A DNA stretch of 64,000 nucleotides from positions 2,368,001 through 2,432,000 of the forward strand of contig OY760505.1 in the NCBI GenBank assembly GCA_963663545.1, in the 5' to 3' direction. Position 1 is the first letter of the stretch. Every line of letters starts with the position of its first letter. The notes beneath the pieces are model-generated. The model was not told the DNA's origin. It did no database searches and saw only the letters and a program-made list of their open reading frames with translations. Below, piece after piece: positions 10,082 through 19,713 of the stretch. The DNA is from Candidatus Delongbacteria bacterium (GTDB lineage Bacteria; CAIWAD01). Made by a program: the position numbers and the translations under genes.

Positions 10082-10343
10082 CTTCGCGAAATCCACTTCA
10101 AGCTCGTAACTACCCTGGCGAGCCGGGACCGGGTTCTGCATCCGCGGGCGGGCTCCTTTGCGCACTTGCGGTTCGGCGTGTCCGATAGATCCCTCCGACA
10201 ACTCTCTGACACAAGGCTGAAGCTCCTCTACTATATTGTCCGTCTTTGCCGTCGGCAGGTAAGCCGCAAACGAGCCCGAACGGGCCGGCACACGCAATCG
10301 ACGGTGGGCAAGCAAACCGAACTAAGAAGAATACGGAGCGACC

Positions 10344-13058
10344 ATGGCTGGTCTGAGCAATAACGAGAAAGCATCACGCTGGTATCAGGAAACACGCAAG
10401 CTGCATAGTACGGGAAATCCGGATTTGGCCAAGGTCGTGGCGGGTTATCGCAAGGCAATTGAGCTTGACCCCAATTTTGCCGACGCGCACTACGCGCTTG
10501 GTGTTGCCCTGCTGGGCAAAGGTGAGTTGAACAGCGCATTCGAGAGCATTTCGCGCGCGCTGCAGTTGAAGCCCGACAGCGCGGAAGCCTGGTTCCACCT
10601 GGCGCAAATCCGCCTGCGTCAGCAGAAGCCGGCAGAAGCCGAAGTTGCGCTGCGCAAGGCCATTGATCTGACTCCTCGCGAGCGTCGCGGCCCGCTGTAT
10701 TTCACCATCGCCATGTCTCTGCAGAGCCAGAACAAGCTGACCGAGGCCGAAGAGTGCTTCCGCTTGGGTTTGGAAGTGAGCCCCGGCGACCGTGCGGGCA
10801 ATTTCCAGTTCGCCCTCTTCCTGCAGAACAGCAACCGCAACGATGAAGCCGCCGAGGTGCTGGATCGCATGCTCGCCGAGCGCGCCGACCGCGATGTGCT
10901 GAACCTGCGCGCGCTGGTGTACGCCCGTCAGAACAATTTCGACGAGGCAGTCAAGGTCCTCGATCAGGCTCTGGAGCAGGCACCGGAGGACGCCGGGCTG
11001 CTATTCAACCTGGCGCAGATGGAAGACCAGCGCGGCAATCGCAGTCGTGCCGCTGAGCTACTGAACAAAACCCTGGACGTGCAGCCGCGTCAGCCGGGGG
11101 CTCTGAGTCGCCTGGCGGCCATCGAAGCCGGCGAGAACAAAGAGTACGACAAGGCCCTCGCGTTGCTGGACAAGGCGTTGGGCATGGCACCCGAAGATCC
11201 CACGTTGTTCTACCAGAAAGGCGCTGTGCTGGCCGAAATGGGCCGCACCGATGACGCCATCGCCATGCTCGAGAGCGCGCTGAAGCGCCGTCCCCGCTTC
11301 CCGGAGGCGCAAGCGATTCTGGCCCGCTTGCAGAATACGGACGCCGCCGAGCCGGTGCAGGATCCTGCCGAGCTGGAAGAAGCCCTGAAGCAAAATCCCA
11401 CCGACGAGGAATTGAAGCGTCGCCTGGCGCAATCCTACCTGGTCAATCGCCGTTTCGACGATGCCGTGCGCGTTCTCGATGAGCTGCTTGCCGCGCACCC
11501 AGACGATGCTTCGCTCAAGCTGAGCCGCGCCTTTAGCGCCAGCCAGCAGTTGAGCCGTGATCCGCGCGAAGTGATCCAGGTCCGCAACGATCTGCGCGAT
11601 TCGCTGGCAGCTTTGGGCGACGGTGGTGAGAATGACGGCGCCCGGTTACGCCTGGCTCAGATCAACATCATGCTGCGTGAGCCCGAGGATGCGCTCGTTG
11701 CATTGCAGGACCTCTTGAGCCGCCGCGATAACGATCCGCGCCTGTACAGCCTGCAGGGCGTGGCGTTGCAGCAGAAGGCGCACTTTGATGAGGCACGGGC
11801 AGCCTTTGAGCGCGTTGTGGATTTGATCGATCCTGAGCGCCAATTGCAGCCGGGTGATCCGCGTTTGCAGATGGGGCTGCTGGAAGCCGTAGCCGCTCTT
11901 GCCCAGATTGCCGATGCGACGAACGAGGTTGAGACCGCCGCGTCCTGGTATGAGCGACTGCAACAGCTGACGCCGCAGGATGTAGCTCCGTTGGGACGTC
12001 TGGCGAATCTGTACAATCGCAATCGTCGCTTCGAAGACGGTTTGGCCGTTGTGGAGCGAATTGAAGTGCTTCAGCCCCAGGATGCCCGTACGCAGTTCCT
12101 GAAAGGACTGGTGCTGGCGGACCTCAAGCGCAATGACGAGGCTGAAGCAGCTCTGCTGCGCGCGCTGGAACTGCAGCCCGAGTTCCCCGAAGCTCAGCAG
12201 CGTCTTGAGCACATGCAGCAGAGCCGTCCTTTGGTGGCTGCCAGTGCCGAGGAGCTCGAAGAGTCGCTGGCCGAGGATCCGGAGAACAACGACGACCGCC
12301 TGCTGATCAGTCATCACTATCTGCGCGAGCAGCAGTGGGACAAGGCCGCCGAGCATCTTGAGGCGCTGACCTCGCGTGATACAAGCAATCATCGCGCTCT
12401 CTACGACTTGTCACAGGTCTACGTGGCTCAAGGCAATCTCGATCGCGCCATCGACTGCCTGATTCAGCTCGAGGAGCGTCTGCCCAACGATCCCAACATC
12501 CGCTATGGTTTGGCGGAGTTGCTGCTGCAGAACGGCGAGACCGAGCTGGCGGTCAAAGAGTACCGCAATGCGACTGAAATGATGCCGCGCAACCCGCTGT
12601 TCAACTTCCGCCTTGGCCAGGCCCTGCGCGAGCAGGACCGCGACGATCGCGCCGAAGAGTCCATTCGCAAGGCCATTGAGATTCAGGACAACTTCCCTGC
12701 CGCGCATTACGAGCTGGGCTTGATCGAGTACACCAGCGATCGCGAAGAAGCGGCGCTCAAGAGCTTCGGCAAGGCTTTCACGCAGAATCAGCGCCTCTAT
12801 CTGGCCTTGTATTACAGCGGCATGATCATGCTGAACAAGGTCAAGCGACCTGACGAGGCCCGCAAGTTCTTCCAGAGCGTGCTGGCGCTGAAGCCGGACC
12901 ACGGCGACAGCCACTGGCAGCTGGGTCGCCTGTTCAAGGATGCGAACCGAACCGCAGACGCGCGCTATCACCTGCAGAAGGCGCTGTCAAGTTGGGACGA
13001 GCAGGCCTTCAATCGTCCGGCGGCCGAGGAGCTGCTGGCTGGCCTGAGTGGTGAGTAA
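10344..13058 (+). CDS. Large tetratricopeptide-repeat protein (904 aa), no signal peptide
   Basis: Continuous TPR motifs (KAIELDPNFADAHYALG, RALQLKPDSAEAWFHLA and others). Strongly biased C/G-ending codons. Confidence 0.9.
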   Translation: MAGLSNNEKASRWYQETRKLHSTGNPDLAKVVAGYRKAIELDPNFADAHYALGVALLGKGELNSAFESISRALQLKPDSAEAWFHLAQIRLRQQKPAEAEVALRKAIDLTPRERRGPLYFTIAMSLQSQNKLTEAEECFRLGLEVSPGDRAGNFQFALFLQNSNRNDEAAEVLDRMLAERADRDVLNLRALVYARQNNFDEAVKVLDQALEQAPEDAGLLFNLAQMEDQRGNRSRAAELLNKTLDVQPRQPGALSRLAAIEAGENKEYDKALALLDKALGMAPEDPTLFYQKGAVLAEMGRTDDAIAMLESALKRRPRFPEAQAILARLQNTDAAEPVQDPAELEEALKQNPTDEELKRRLAQSYLVNRRFDDAVRVLDELLAAHPDDASLKLSRAFSASQQLSRDPREVIQVRNDLRDSLAALGDGGENDGARLRLAQINIMLREPEDALVALQDLLSRRDNDPRLYSLQGVALQQKAHFDEARAAFERVVDLIDPERQLQPGDPRLQMGLLEAVAALAQIADATNEVETAASWYERLQQLTPQDVAPLGRLANLYNRNRRFEDGLAVVERIEVLQPQDARTQFLKGLVLADLKRNDEAEAALLRALELQPEFPEAQQRLEHMQQSRPLVAASAEELEESLAEDPENNDDRLLISHHYLREQQWDKAAEHLEALTSRDTSNHRALYDLSQVYVAQGNLDRAIDCLIQLEERLPNDPNIRYGLAELLLQNGETELAVKEYRNATEMMPRNPLFNFRLGQALREQDRDDRAEESIRKAIEIQDNFPAAHYELGLIEYTSDREEAALKSFGKAFTQNQRLYLALYYSGMIMLNKVKRPDEARKFFQSVLALKPDHGDSHWQLGRLFKDANRTADARYHLQKALSSWDEQAFNRPAAEELLAGLSGE

Positions 13059-13065
13059 CGCTGGA

Positions 13066-13087
13066 AATATTTATACTGATAAATATT
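13066..13087. promoter_or_regulatory. AT-rich perfect inverted repeat AATATTTAT-N4-ATAAATATT upstream of trxA
   Basis: Read directly as aatatttat actg ataaatatt. An all-AT dyad in a GC-rich context suggests an operator. Confidence 0.5.
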
Positions 13088-13151
13088 GCCTGCGGGAACA
13101 AAGCCCCGTGTGCCGCGTAGGCGGGTTTTCGCAAACAATTGAGGTAAAACA

Positions 13152-13469
13152 ATGGCTGAACTGCCCAAGATCACCGATGCGGAGTTCCAGGACTTCACTT
13201 CAAAGCCGGGCCTGGTGCTGGTAGATTTCAGCGCCACCTGGTGCGGACCCTGCAAGAAGCTGCACCCCATTCTGGGTGAGATTTCCGCCGAGCGCGACGA
13301 TGTCAGCATTGGAATGGTGGATATTCAGGACGCCCCCAAAGCGGCACAGTCCTGCGGAGTCATGTCGGTGCCGCAGGTGCACGCCTGGAAGGACGGGAAG
13401 AAGGTGGACCAGTTCATTGGTCTGCAGAACAAGGCTTTCATCAATTCGATGATTGACCGGCACAAGTAG
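13152..13469 (+). CDS. trxA: Thioredoxin
   Basis: LVDFSATWCGPCK and cis-Pro loop MSVP; 105 aa; RBS GAGGT. Confidence 0.93.
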   Translation: MAELPKITDAEFQDFTSKPGLVLVDFSATWCGPCKKLHPILGEISAERDDVSIGMVDIQDAPKAAQSCGVMSVPQVHAWKDGKKVDQFIGLQNKAFINSMIDRHK

Positions 13470-13478
13470 GAGAGAGCC

Positions 13479-14018
13479 ATGCGCACGCTGACCCATGCGG
13501 TTGTGATCCTGATGGTCCTGTTCCTGACGGCCTGTGGTGGCCAGCAGAAGCAGGAAGGCCAAGTCGCTGCGGACAAGACCGTGGCCGCTGCTGCAGCCGA
13601 ACCCGCTCCGGGCGAAGTGATGCCCATGTCCCAGGCGGACTGGGCCGGACTGACTACGGGCAAGGTGACCTTTGTGGAGCTCTGGGGTGTGTGGTGTGGT
13701 CCCTGCATTCAAAGCATGCCCGCTGTGCAGGCTCACTGGGAGCACTACAAGGACAACCCGGACTTTCGCATGATGGTGGTCAATACCGCCTGGCACGGCG
13801 ACAACCTGGAGCGCGTGCAGGGCTGGCTTTCCAAGAATTCGCGTTATACCTTCCCCGTGTACGTTGAAGATCGCGGCCAGGAGGCGCATTTGGCTATGGT
13901 CAACCGCGTCAACAGCATTCCGCGCTCGCTGGTGTACAACAAGAAGGGTGAGCTGGTCTTCAACGATCATCCCAGCAAGTTGACGCACGAGTTTCTCGAT
14001 CAGCTGCTGGCCGAGTAG
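13479..14018 (+). CDS. TlpA-family thioredoxin-like lipoprotein
   Basis: Lipobox LTAC, ELWGVWCGPC and VNSIPRS. Confidence 0.85.
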   Translation: MRTLTHAVVILMVLFLTACGGQQKQEGQVAADKTVAAAAAEPAPGEVMPMSQADWAGLTTGKVTFVELWGVWCGPCIQSMPAVQAHWEHYKDNPDFRMMVVNTAWHGDNLERVQGWLSKNSRYTFPVYVEDRGQEAHLAMVNRVNSIPRSLVYNKKGELVFNDHPSKLTHEFLDQLLAE

Positions 14019-14038
14019 GCTGGCGATTTATGGATTAC

Positions 14039-14066
14039 AAAGGGCGCCCGTGTGGCGCCCTTTTTC
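14039..14066 (+). terminator. Rho-independent terminator after trxA-tlpA
   Basis: Hairpin aaagggcgcc-cgtgt-ggcgccc followed by a T tract. Confidence 0.8.
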
Positions 14067-14290
14067 TTGCTCCGCCCAGCTGCAATTGCCGCTATGCGCC
14101 ACCACCCGCCCCCCTGCCGGGGTCACGCTTCAGCCGCCTCGCGGTTTCCGCTTTTGGCTTCCTTCCGGACTCCCGGTATCGGCCTGTTCTTGCACTCAGA
14201 CACAAGGGGCTGCTTTTGCCCGTTTAGGCGCAGTTCCCGCATGAACTTTTGTGCCCGGTACCGGAAGCGACTCCTACTGCGCAAAACAAC

Positions 14291-14320
14291 AAAAGCCCGC
14301 TCCTTTCCGAGCGGGCTTTT
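14291..14320 (-). terminator. Bidirectional rho-independent terminator downstream of the YbjN-family gene
   Basis: aaaagcccgctc-ctttcc-gagcgggctttt. Confidence 0.8.
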
Positions 14321-14344
14321 GTATCACAGAATGATGTGTCGTGT

Positions 14345-14845
14345 TTAGTCGTCCTCGCCGCCCGGCAGTTTGCCGAAGCGCGCTTCCTCGTCGTTGATGG
14401 CCTCTTCCCAGGCCTCCAGCGGCGTCATCTGCGAGTAGATCATTTTCATCAGCAGATGCAGGTGATCGTCCATCAGCGCCAGATTGCCCATGACGGCATC
14501 GGAGAGCATCGGCGGGTTCAGCTCCAATTCGCGGCAGAGCAGGTAGGTGCGCAGGGCCAGGCTGCCACTGCCCATGTCCAGTTCAAAATCGCCGTAGCGT
14601 TGACCCAGGTTCAGCCGCGTAATCAGCTCCATCATCGCGTAGCGACGCTCCAGGGGCACGGTAGTGGGCAGAAAGGAGTAGAAGCAGAAGATTTCCGCCT
14701 GGCTGTCCCAGACTGCGCGACACTGCCATGTGCCGCTGTCCCCGGCGTAGGAGGCGTCCACCGATCCATCCTCGGGATAGAAACGATGGTCCCAATCGAG
14801 CTCAGCGAAGTAATCAAGAATGGTTTCGATGGGATTGGCCTTCAT
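14345..14845 (-). CDS. YbjN domain protein
   Basis: FCFYSFLPTTVPLERRYAMMELITRLNLGQRYGDFELDM..G.L..RT matches the YbjN family. RBS AAGGAG before GTG/ATG. Confidence 0.8.
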   Translation of the reverse strand: MKANPIETILDYFAELDWDHRFYPEDGSVDASYAGDSGTWQCRAVWDSQAEIFCFYSFLPTTVPLERRYAMMELITRLNLGQRYGDFELDMGSGSLALRTYLLCRELELNPPMLSDAVMGNLALMDDHLHLLMKMIYSQMTPLEAWEEAINDEEARFGKLPGGEDD

Positions 14846-15455
14846 CACGGCAGACTCCTTTAGAAATCGAGCCATAGAATAGGGTTTTGCCGCGGTTCCA
14901 TCAAGCCGCAAGCGGAACCTCGACAGCTTAGAGCACAGTGTTCCTTTTGCTGCCTGCAAGATTCAGTCCTGCTCACGTTTATCCCTCGATATCGGTGTTC
15001 GGCCACTTCCTGTCTACGGGTTGATTTCTGTTCCAGGCCTCTGCTGGAGCAGGAAGTCCGCCCTTCTCGTAGCTGTATGCCTCCCGAAGTTCAGAACTTC
15101 GCAGCCCTGCAGAATCTGCCCGCGAGATTCCTCCTCTGCCTTATGTCCCCGGAAGATCCTGATAACTCGTGAAGTTTGGTTTTGATCTCAGCACACTGTG
15201 ACGCGAGAGTCGTGCTGGCCTGATCCTTGCTCCCCGAGCCCCGAGCAAAATAGCTTCAAGCTCGCTCGATAGTTCTCATTTCCTGCCGATAGGAGGACAA
15301 GCGTAATCCTGCGGCGTGAGAACGCGCCTGGATCAAAGCGAGATTGGCTCTTATGCTTTCTGTATACATTACGATCGATGCTCTGGCGTCCTTGCACTCT
15401 CCCTGCAAGGTCAAAGGACAAGTTTCAACAAGGGTAAATTGCCTGCGGAGGAAAC

Positions 15456-18400
15456 ATGGGAACTAAAAACAATATTCCCAGAGTCGCGCTGGCAGCCGTG
15501 CCTATCCTGGTCATCCTGACTTTGCTGATGGGGGTAAGGGATGCCAGGGCTCAGGCCACCAATAATACGCTCAACGCTGCTACGCTTGCGTATCTTACTA
15601 CGGGTGGTCCTTACGGCTGGACAGATTTGACAGCAGTAGCGGGAAACATTGACCTGACCGTCACAGATGCTGCCGGCGGTGATTTCGCTACTACCGAAAC
15701 CATTGAGCTCTCTTTACCCAGTTCGAACTACGAATGGGTATTGTCAGAGTGCGTTGTCTCAGAAACCAGCGTGGCCATCACGGGTGTCGCGCTGACTACT
15801 CCGGATGATCAAACACTGCGTTGCACAATCACTGGCGGTCCTTCGATTGCGGCAGAAACTATTGTTTTCAGTGTGCTTGCTGTGCGTCTTGCGTCTACAG
15901 TTGTTGTTGATTTGGATGATACCGGCAACATTGCGATCGCCGGTACGGCCAACCTGAACGGCGACAATTGGACGGCCGGTCTCTTGGCCCTCGAGGGACC
16001 GAGTGTGTCTTTCGACACTCCGGTTGCCAACGGCGCCGACAGCACCGATCTGGCCGATGGCGACGGTGGTTGGGATTTCGATTTCGACTTCACCATTACC
16101 GACGACAACAGCGTGCTGAGCGGCTTTGTGCAGCTCTGGTGGAGCGTGGACTCCGAGTTGGTGCGTGTCACCGACGCGGAAGGTACATTCCGCGCCCTGG
16201 TGGATTCCTCGGGCGTTCCCGTTTTCTACTACACTACCGTAGCTGGCAACAAGACGCCGTCCATCATCACGAGTGGTTTGAACGACTGGGACGTAACCCT
16301 GAATACGGTGGAATACTACGCTTACGCCACTTGCCAGGACTTGGGTGATCAGGCTATCGGACGGGCCGGTCCCATCCGCGTCTTCCACTATCCCACCAAC
16401 GACCTGGATCAGGACGATCCCAACAGCGCCGACACCTCGGTAGACTTTACCAGCAATGATGACGACTACCTGGATAGCGGCCTGCTGCTGGCGGTCGACG
16501 ATGGTACGCAGAACGGTGCCGGTTCCGAGACCGTGACCTGGAGCCTGCAGACCATCGACTTCGATCATAACGCCAACGTGCAGTACTACTACAGCACCAG
16601 CAGTACCCTGACCGAGGCCAACCTCGAGCTGACGGGTGCCTTTGGTACTTACGTAGTTACCGGACTGACGGGAGCTACCGCTATTGTGGATTCCCTGGAA
16701 GAGGACGTTGATCTTTCAACGATTTGGGACATCTACGATAGTGATGACGATTTCGTGCCCGCTGGCGACTATTACATCTATGTGGTGTCCAACGACGGTT
16801 ACCACCAGGATGTGGACGTTTCCAGCGATCGTCTCTTCGTGCGCCACAGTCCGCTGTTGGTGATTGAAGACGCATACACTTTTGACGCTGCAACTGGTTT
16901 GGTTTTTGACTTGCGTCCGGATGTGAACCGCTACTTCAACGTCAACTGGGGTACAACGGTAGCCGGTGATCGCGATCCTGATCAGAACAGCTACATCTCG
17001 TTCTATCTGGATGCAGATACGGACGCTTTGGCTGACTTCAATCAGTCCACGATTACAACCCTGACCAATGCGACCACTCGCGCCGACAACAACATTAGCA
17101 ACGGTGAGCTGATCTATTCCTCTACCATTCGGGAAGATCCGGACCACCAGCTCAACAACAACGTTGACATCGACATGTGGGCATGGGATGAGACACTGCG
17201 TGCCAGTATCAACACTCGTGTTGCTGCTGCCGACAACCTTGTCCTGTACGGCATCATCACCAGTGGTACGCTCTCCCGTATTTGCACCTACGCCAGCGTT
17301 GACGCGAATTACGTCGTCACTGCTGCGGAGGACCTGACGGGTGCCCTGCTGACATGTAACAACGCGCCGGACGCCTTTGTCGTCAACCCGCCTGATCTGG
17401 GTGGCTTTGTCGGCTGGGGTGAGTCCTATCGTGTTTCCTGGGAATTTGCTTGGGACTTTGGTGAAGCTGCTGGTGCGCAGGACATTACCCTCTTCCTGGG
17501 TGATGTGGACATGCGTGGCGAGAGCACCTTCGATGGAACCTATGGTACGGGTGTGGTTGGTTTGGCCGACCTCTCCAACGACCTTTGGGTGATCAACTCC
17601 ACCGACGGTACGGTTGGTAACGAGGTGCAAATTGCTGGAGCCTCCATCGACGGTTCCTACGATTTCCGTCCCGACCTGATGACGGGTAACTCCATCGGTG
17701 GCGCTCAGTCGCTTGCTGCTGCCATGACCAACGAGGGTGAGTACTACGTTTACTTGGTGATCAATCAGAACGGTGCCGGTATCGCGCCGGATGATGCCGA
17801 CATCGTCTTCCAGGCACCGGGTAGCCTTTCCATCACTAGTGAAACCGGTCCCACCGAGTTCGGCTACCGCGTGTTGCCGTACAACGTGACCGTTGTCGAG
17901 GCCGATACTGTGACTTTCAGCATCTACCCGAATTCCGGTGTAGCTACCGCTGAAGTAGCCGCTGTCTTCATGGCCATCGATACCACTTACTGGGATCTGG
18001 TAACGCCGAGTGCGCCCTTTACCGTGAACACCACCAACTTCAGCTCTTCGCTTGTTGTCGAGAACAGCAACGATCAGGGCAACGTGAGTGGCGGACACCA
18101 CCATCTGAACTTCGTGTACGGAGCCAGTGGTAGTGCCATTGCCAACCTGGACGGTGGTACGAACGAGCTTTGCACTCTGGCGCTGGTTGCCAAGCGTAGT
18201 GGTATGGACGGTATGTTTGATCCTGTCTTTGCCGAGATGTTCTTCGAGCAGGACTTGACCAACGACCGTTACACCTGCTTCTACAACGGTGGTGCCAATC
18301 CCATGCCGGTGTCGGTGCAGATGCCTGCTGCCCGTGCGGAGAGTTATCCCCGTGGTGAGCTGCAGGGCAACGTTCAGCTTGAAGGCGTTGGCTCGAGTGG

Positions 18401-19643
18401 TTATGCGGGTCTGGTAGCCAACATCGACGTACGTCCTTCCGGTGCCGCCCACGGCGTGGATCATTGGGACGCGCTCTTTGCCGCCAACAATGACGACGAT
18501 ACCACCACCCCGGGTCTCCAGGTGAATCTGGATGCCTACGGCCATTATCACCTGACCTACGTGCCCAATGGTGAGTACGATGTGACAGTGCGCGTTGACG
18601 GTTGGGTCTCTGGTGCCATTGATGCTGTCGTGCAACACGGTGACCATCTTGGTGATGTCGATCCCGTTTGGGAAGACCTCATTACCCAGAATGATATCAC
18701 ACTCTATCGTCCGCTACTGCCAGCCGGTGACTGCGCGGGTTACACCGACAGCACGGGTACGGTTCGTCCGGACAATCAGATCGACGCGACCGACCTGACC
18801 GCTGTGAAGAACGCGTACAACACCGAGCCCGACAGCAGCGATTGGAACGTTCTGTGCGACTTCAATCGTGACAATCTCATCTACATTGATGATCTGAACC
18901 TGGTGAACTCCAACATTGGTGAGGTTGGTGTGCCGCTGGTCTACCGTGAGGGTGGCCTGGAGAACATCAACACCGAGTTCAAGATCAACGATCTGCCCGA
19001 GACGGTTGCTGCTGGTGAAGAAGTCGAGGTCGTGGTTGAGCTGCTGCATGCGGCAGACGTTCGCGCCTTTGACGTTCGCGTGCAAATTCCCGGCTTCCAG
19101 GTGATCTCTGCTGAGAATCACATGCTGCTGGGCAACTACAGCCGTGCGGACTACATCAATCGTACCGATGGCAGTACCTACTTGCTGGCTGGCGCCGTCC
19201 GGGGTCACAGCGAGTTGGGCTATGCCGGCAACGGCGAGCTTGTCACCCTGCGCCTGCGCGCTACTCGTGACATGAGCGTCAATGTCCAGATCACCAACGG
19301 TGACGTCATTAACACCAGCAACGAGCTGGCCCACGCCGCGCTGAACAACGACGCGGTGCTGCCCGCCAACTACATGCTGGGTAATGCCTATCCGAACCCC
19401 TTCAACCCGACTACGCATATCGATTTCGAGTTGCCGCAGAACGACTTTGTCCGCCTTGCGGTCTACAACATGCTGGGTCAGGAAGTGGCTGTGCTGGTTA
19501 ATGAGGAGATGACCGCCGGTCGCTACCAGGTTAGTTGGGATGGTCTGAACAAGAACCACGTGCGCGTTGCTTCCGGTCTCTATGTCTATCGCATCGAGGC
19601 TGGTAACTTCAACCAGGCGCACAAGATGATTCTGATGAAATAG
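15456..19643 (+). CDS. 1395-aa secreted acidic protein with cohesin-like, dockerin-like and FlgD-Ig/T9SS-type C-terminal domains (candidate major surface/S-layer protein)
   Basis: Signal peptide ending ARA|Q; D/T/V-rich and K-poor. Dockerin-like DNQIDATDL...DFNRDNLIYIDDL. C-terminal LGNAYPNPFNPTTHIDF..VYNMLGQEV..WDG..VASGLYVYRI..KMILMK. Strongly biased codon use. Confidence 0.85.
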   Translation: MGTKNNIPRVALAAVPILVILTLLMGVRDARAQATNNTLNAATLAYLTTGGPYGWTDLTAVAGNIDLTVTDAAGGDFATTETIELSLPSSNYEWVLSECVVSETSVAITGVALTTPDDQTLRCTITGGPSIAAETIVFSVLAVRLASTVVVDLDDTGNIAIAGTANLNGDNWTAGLLALEGPSVSFDTPVANGADSTDLADGDGGWDFDFDFTITDDNSVLSGFVQLWWSVDSELVRVTDAEGTFRALVDSSGVPVFYYTTVAGNKTPSIITSGLNDWDVTLNTVEYYAYATCQDLGDQAIGRAGPIRVFHYPTNDLDQDDPNSADTSVDFTSNDDDYLDSGLLLAVDDGTQNGAGSETVTWSLQTIDFDHNANVQYYYSTSSTLTEANLELTGAFGTYVVTGLTGATAIVDSLEEDVDLSTIWDIYDSDDDFVPAGDYYIYVVSNDGYHQDVDVSSDRLFVRHSPLLVIEDAYTFDAATGLVFDLRPDVNRYFNVNWGTTVAGDRDPDQNSYISFYLDADTDALADFNQSTITTLTNATTRADNNISNGELIYSSTIREDPDHQLNNNVDIDMWAWDETLRASINTRVAAADNLVLYGIITSGTLSRICTYASVDANYVVTAAEDLTGALLTCNNAPDAFVVNPPDLGGFVGWGESYRVSWEFAWDFGEAAGAQDITLFLGDVDMRGESTFDGTYGTGVVGLADLSNDLWVINSTDGTVGNEVQIAGASIDGSYDFRPDLMTGNSIGGAQSLAAAMTNEGEYYVYLVINQNGAGIAPDDADIVFQAPGSLSITSETGPTEFGYRVLPYNVTVVEADTVTFSIYPNSGVATAEVAAVFMAIDTTYWDLVTPSAPFTVNTTNFSSSLVVENSNDQGNVSGGHHHLNFVYGASGSAIANLDGGTNELCTLALVAKRSGMDGMFDPVFAEMFFEQDLTNDRYTCFYNGGANPMPVSVQMPAARAESYPRGELQGNVQLEGVGSSGYAGLVANIDVRPSGAAHGVDHWDALFAANNDDDTTTPGLQVNLDAYGHYHLTYVPNGEYDVTVRVDGWVSGAIDAVVQHGDHLGDVDPVWEDLITQNDITLYRPLLPAGDCAGYTDSTGTVRPDNQIDATDLTAVKNAYNTEPDSSDWNVLCDFNRDNLIYIDDLNLVNSNIGEVGVPLVYREGGLENINTEFKINDLPETVAAGEEVEVVVELLHAADVRAFDVRVQIPGFQVISAENHMLLGNYSRADYINRTDGSTYLLAGAVRGHSELGYAGNGELVTLRLRATRDMSVNVQITNGDVINTSNELAHAALNNDAVLPANYMLGNAYPNPFNPTTHIDFELPQNDFVRLAVYNMLGQEVAVLVNEEMTAGRYQVSWDGLNKNHVRVASGLYVYRIEAGNFNQAHKMILMK

Positions 19644-19674
19644 AATCCTCTTTTAGGACGAAACAGAAGCATCG

Positions 19675-19713
19675 AGGCCGACCCGGTTCGTAAGAGCCGG
19701 GTCGGTTTATTTT
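19675..19713 (+). terminator. Rho-independent terminator
   Basis: aggccgacccggttc-gtaa-gagccgggtcggttt followed by atttt. Confidence 0.85.

Noticed and set aside
10262..10340. c-di-GMP-I riboswitch call
   Set aside because: The loop is GAAC rather than GNRA and the P3/receptor spacing does not fit. Kept only as a possible structured leader.
14067..14290. Spacer between two terminators, considered as an sRNA (6S/SRP/tmRNA/RNase P)
   Set aside because: None of the diagnostic motifs of these RNAs were found and there is no clear promoter.
16716..18647. 643-aa antisense ORF (and other long antisense ORFs over the TPR, mraY and korAB genes)
   Set aside because: Shadow frames caused by strong codon bias of the sense gene; no recognisable motifs or RBS.
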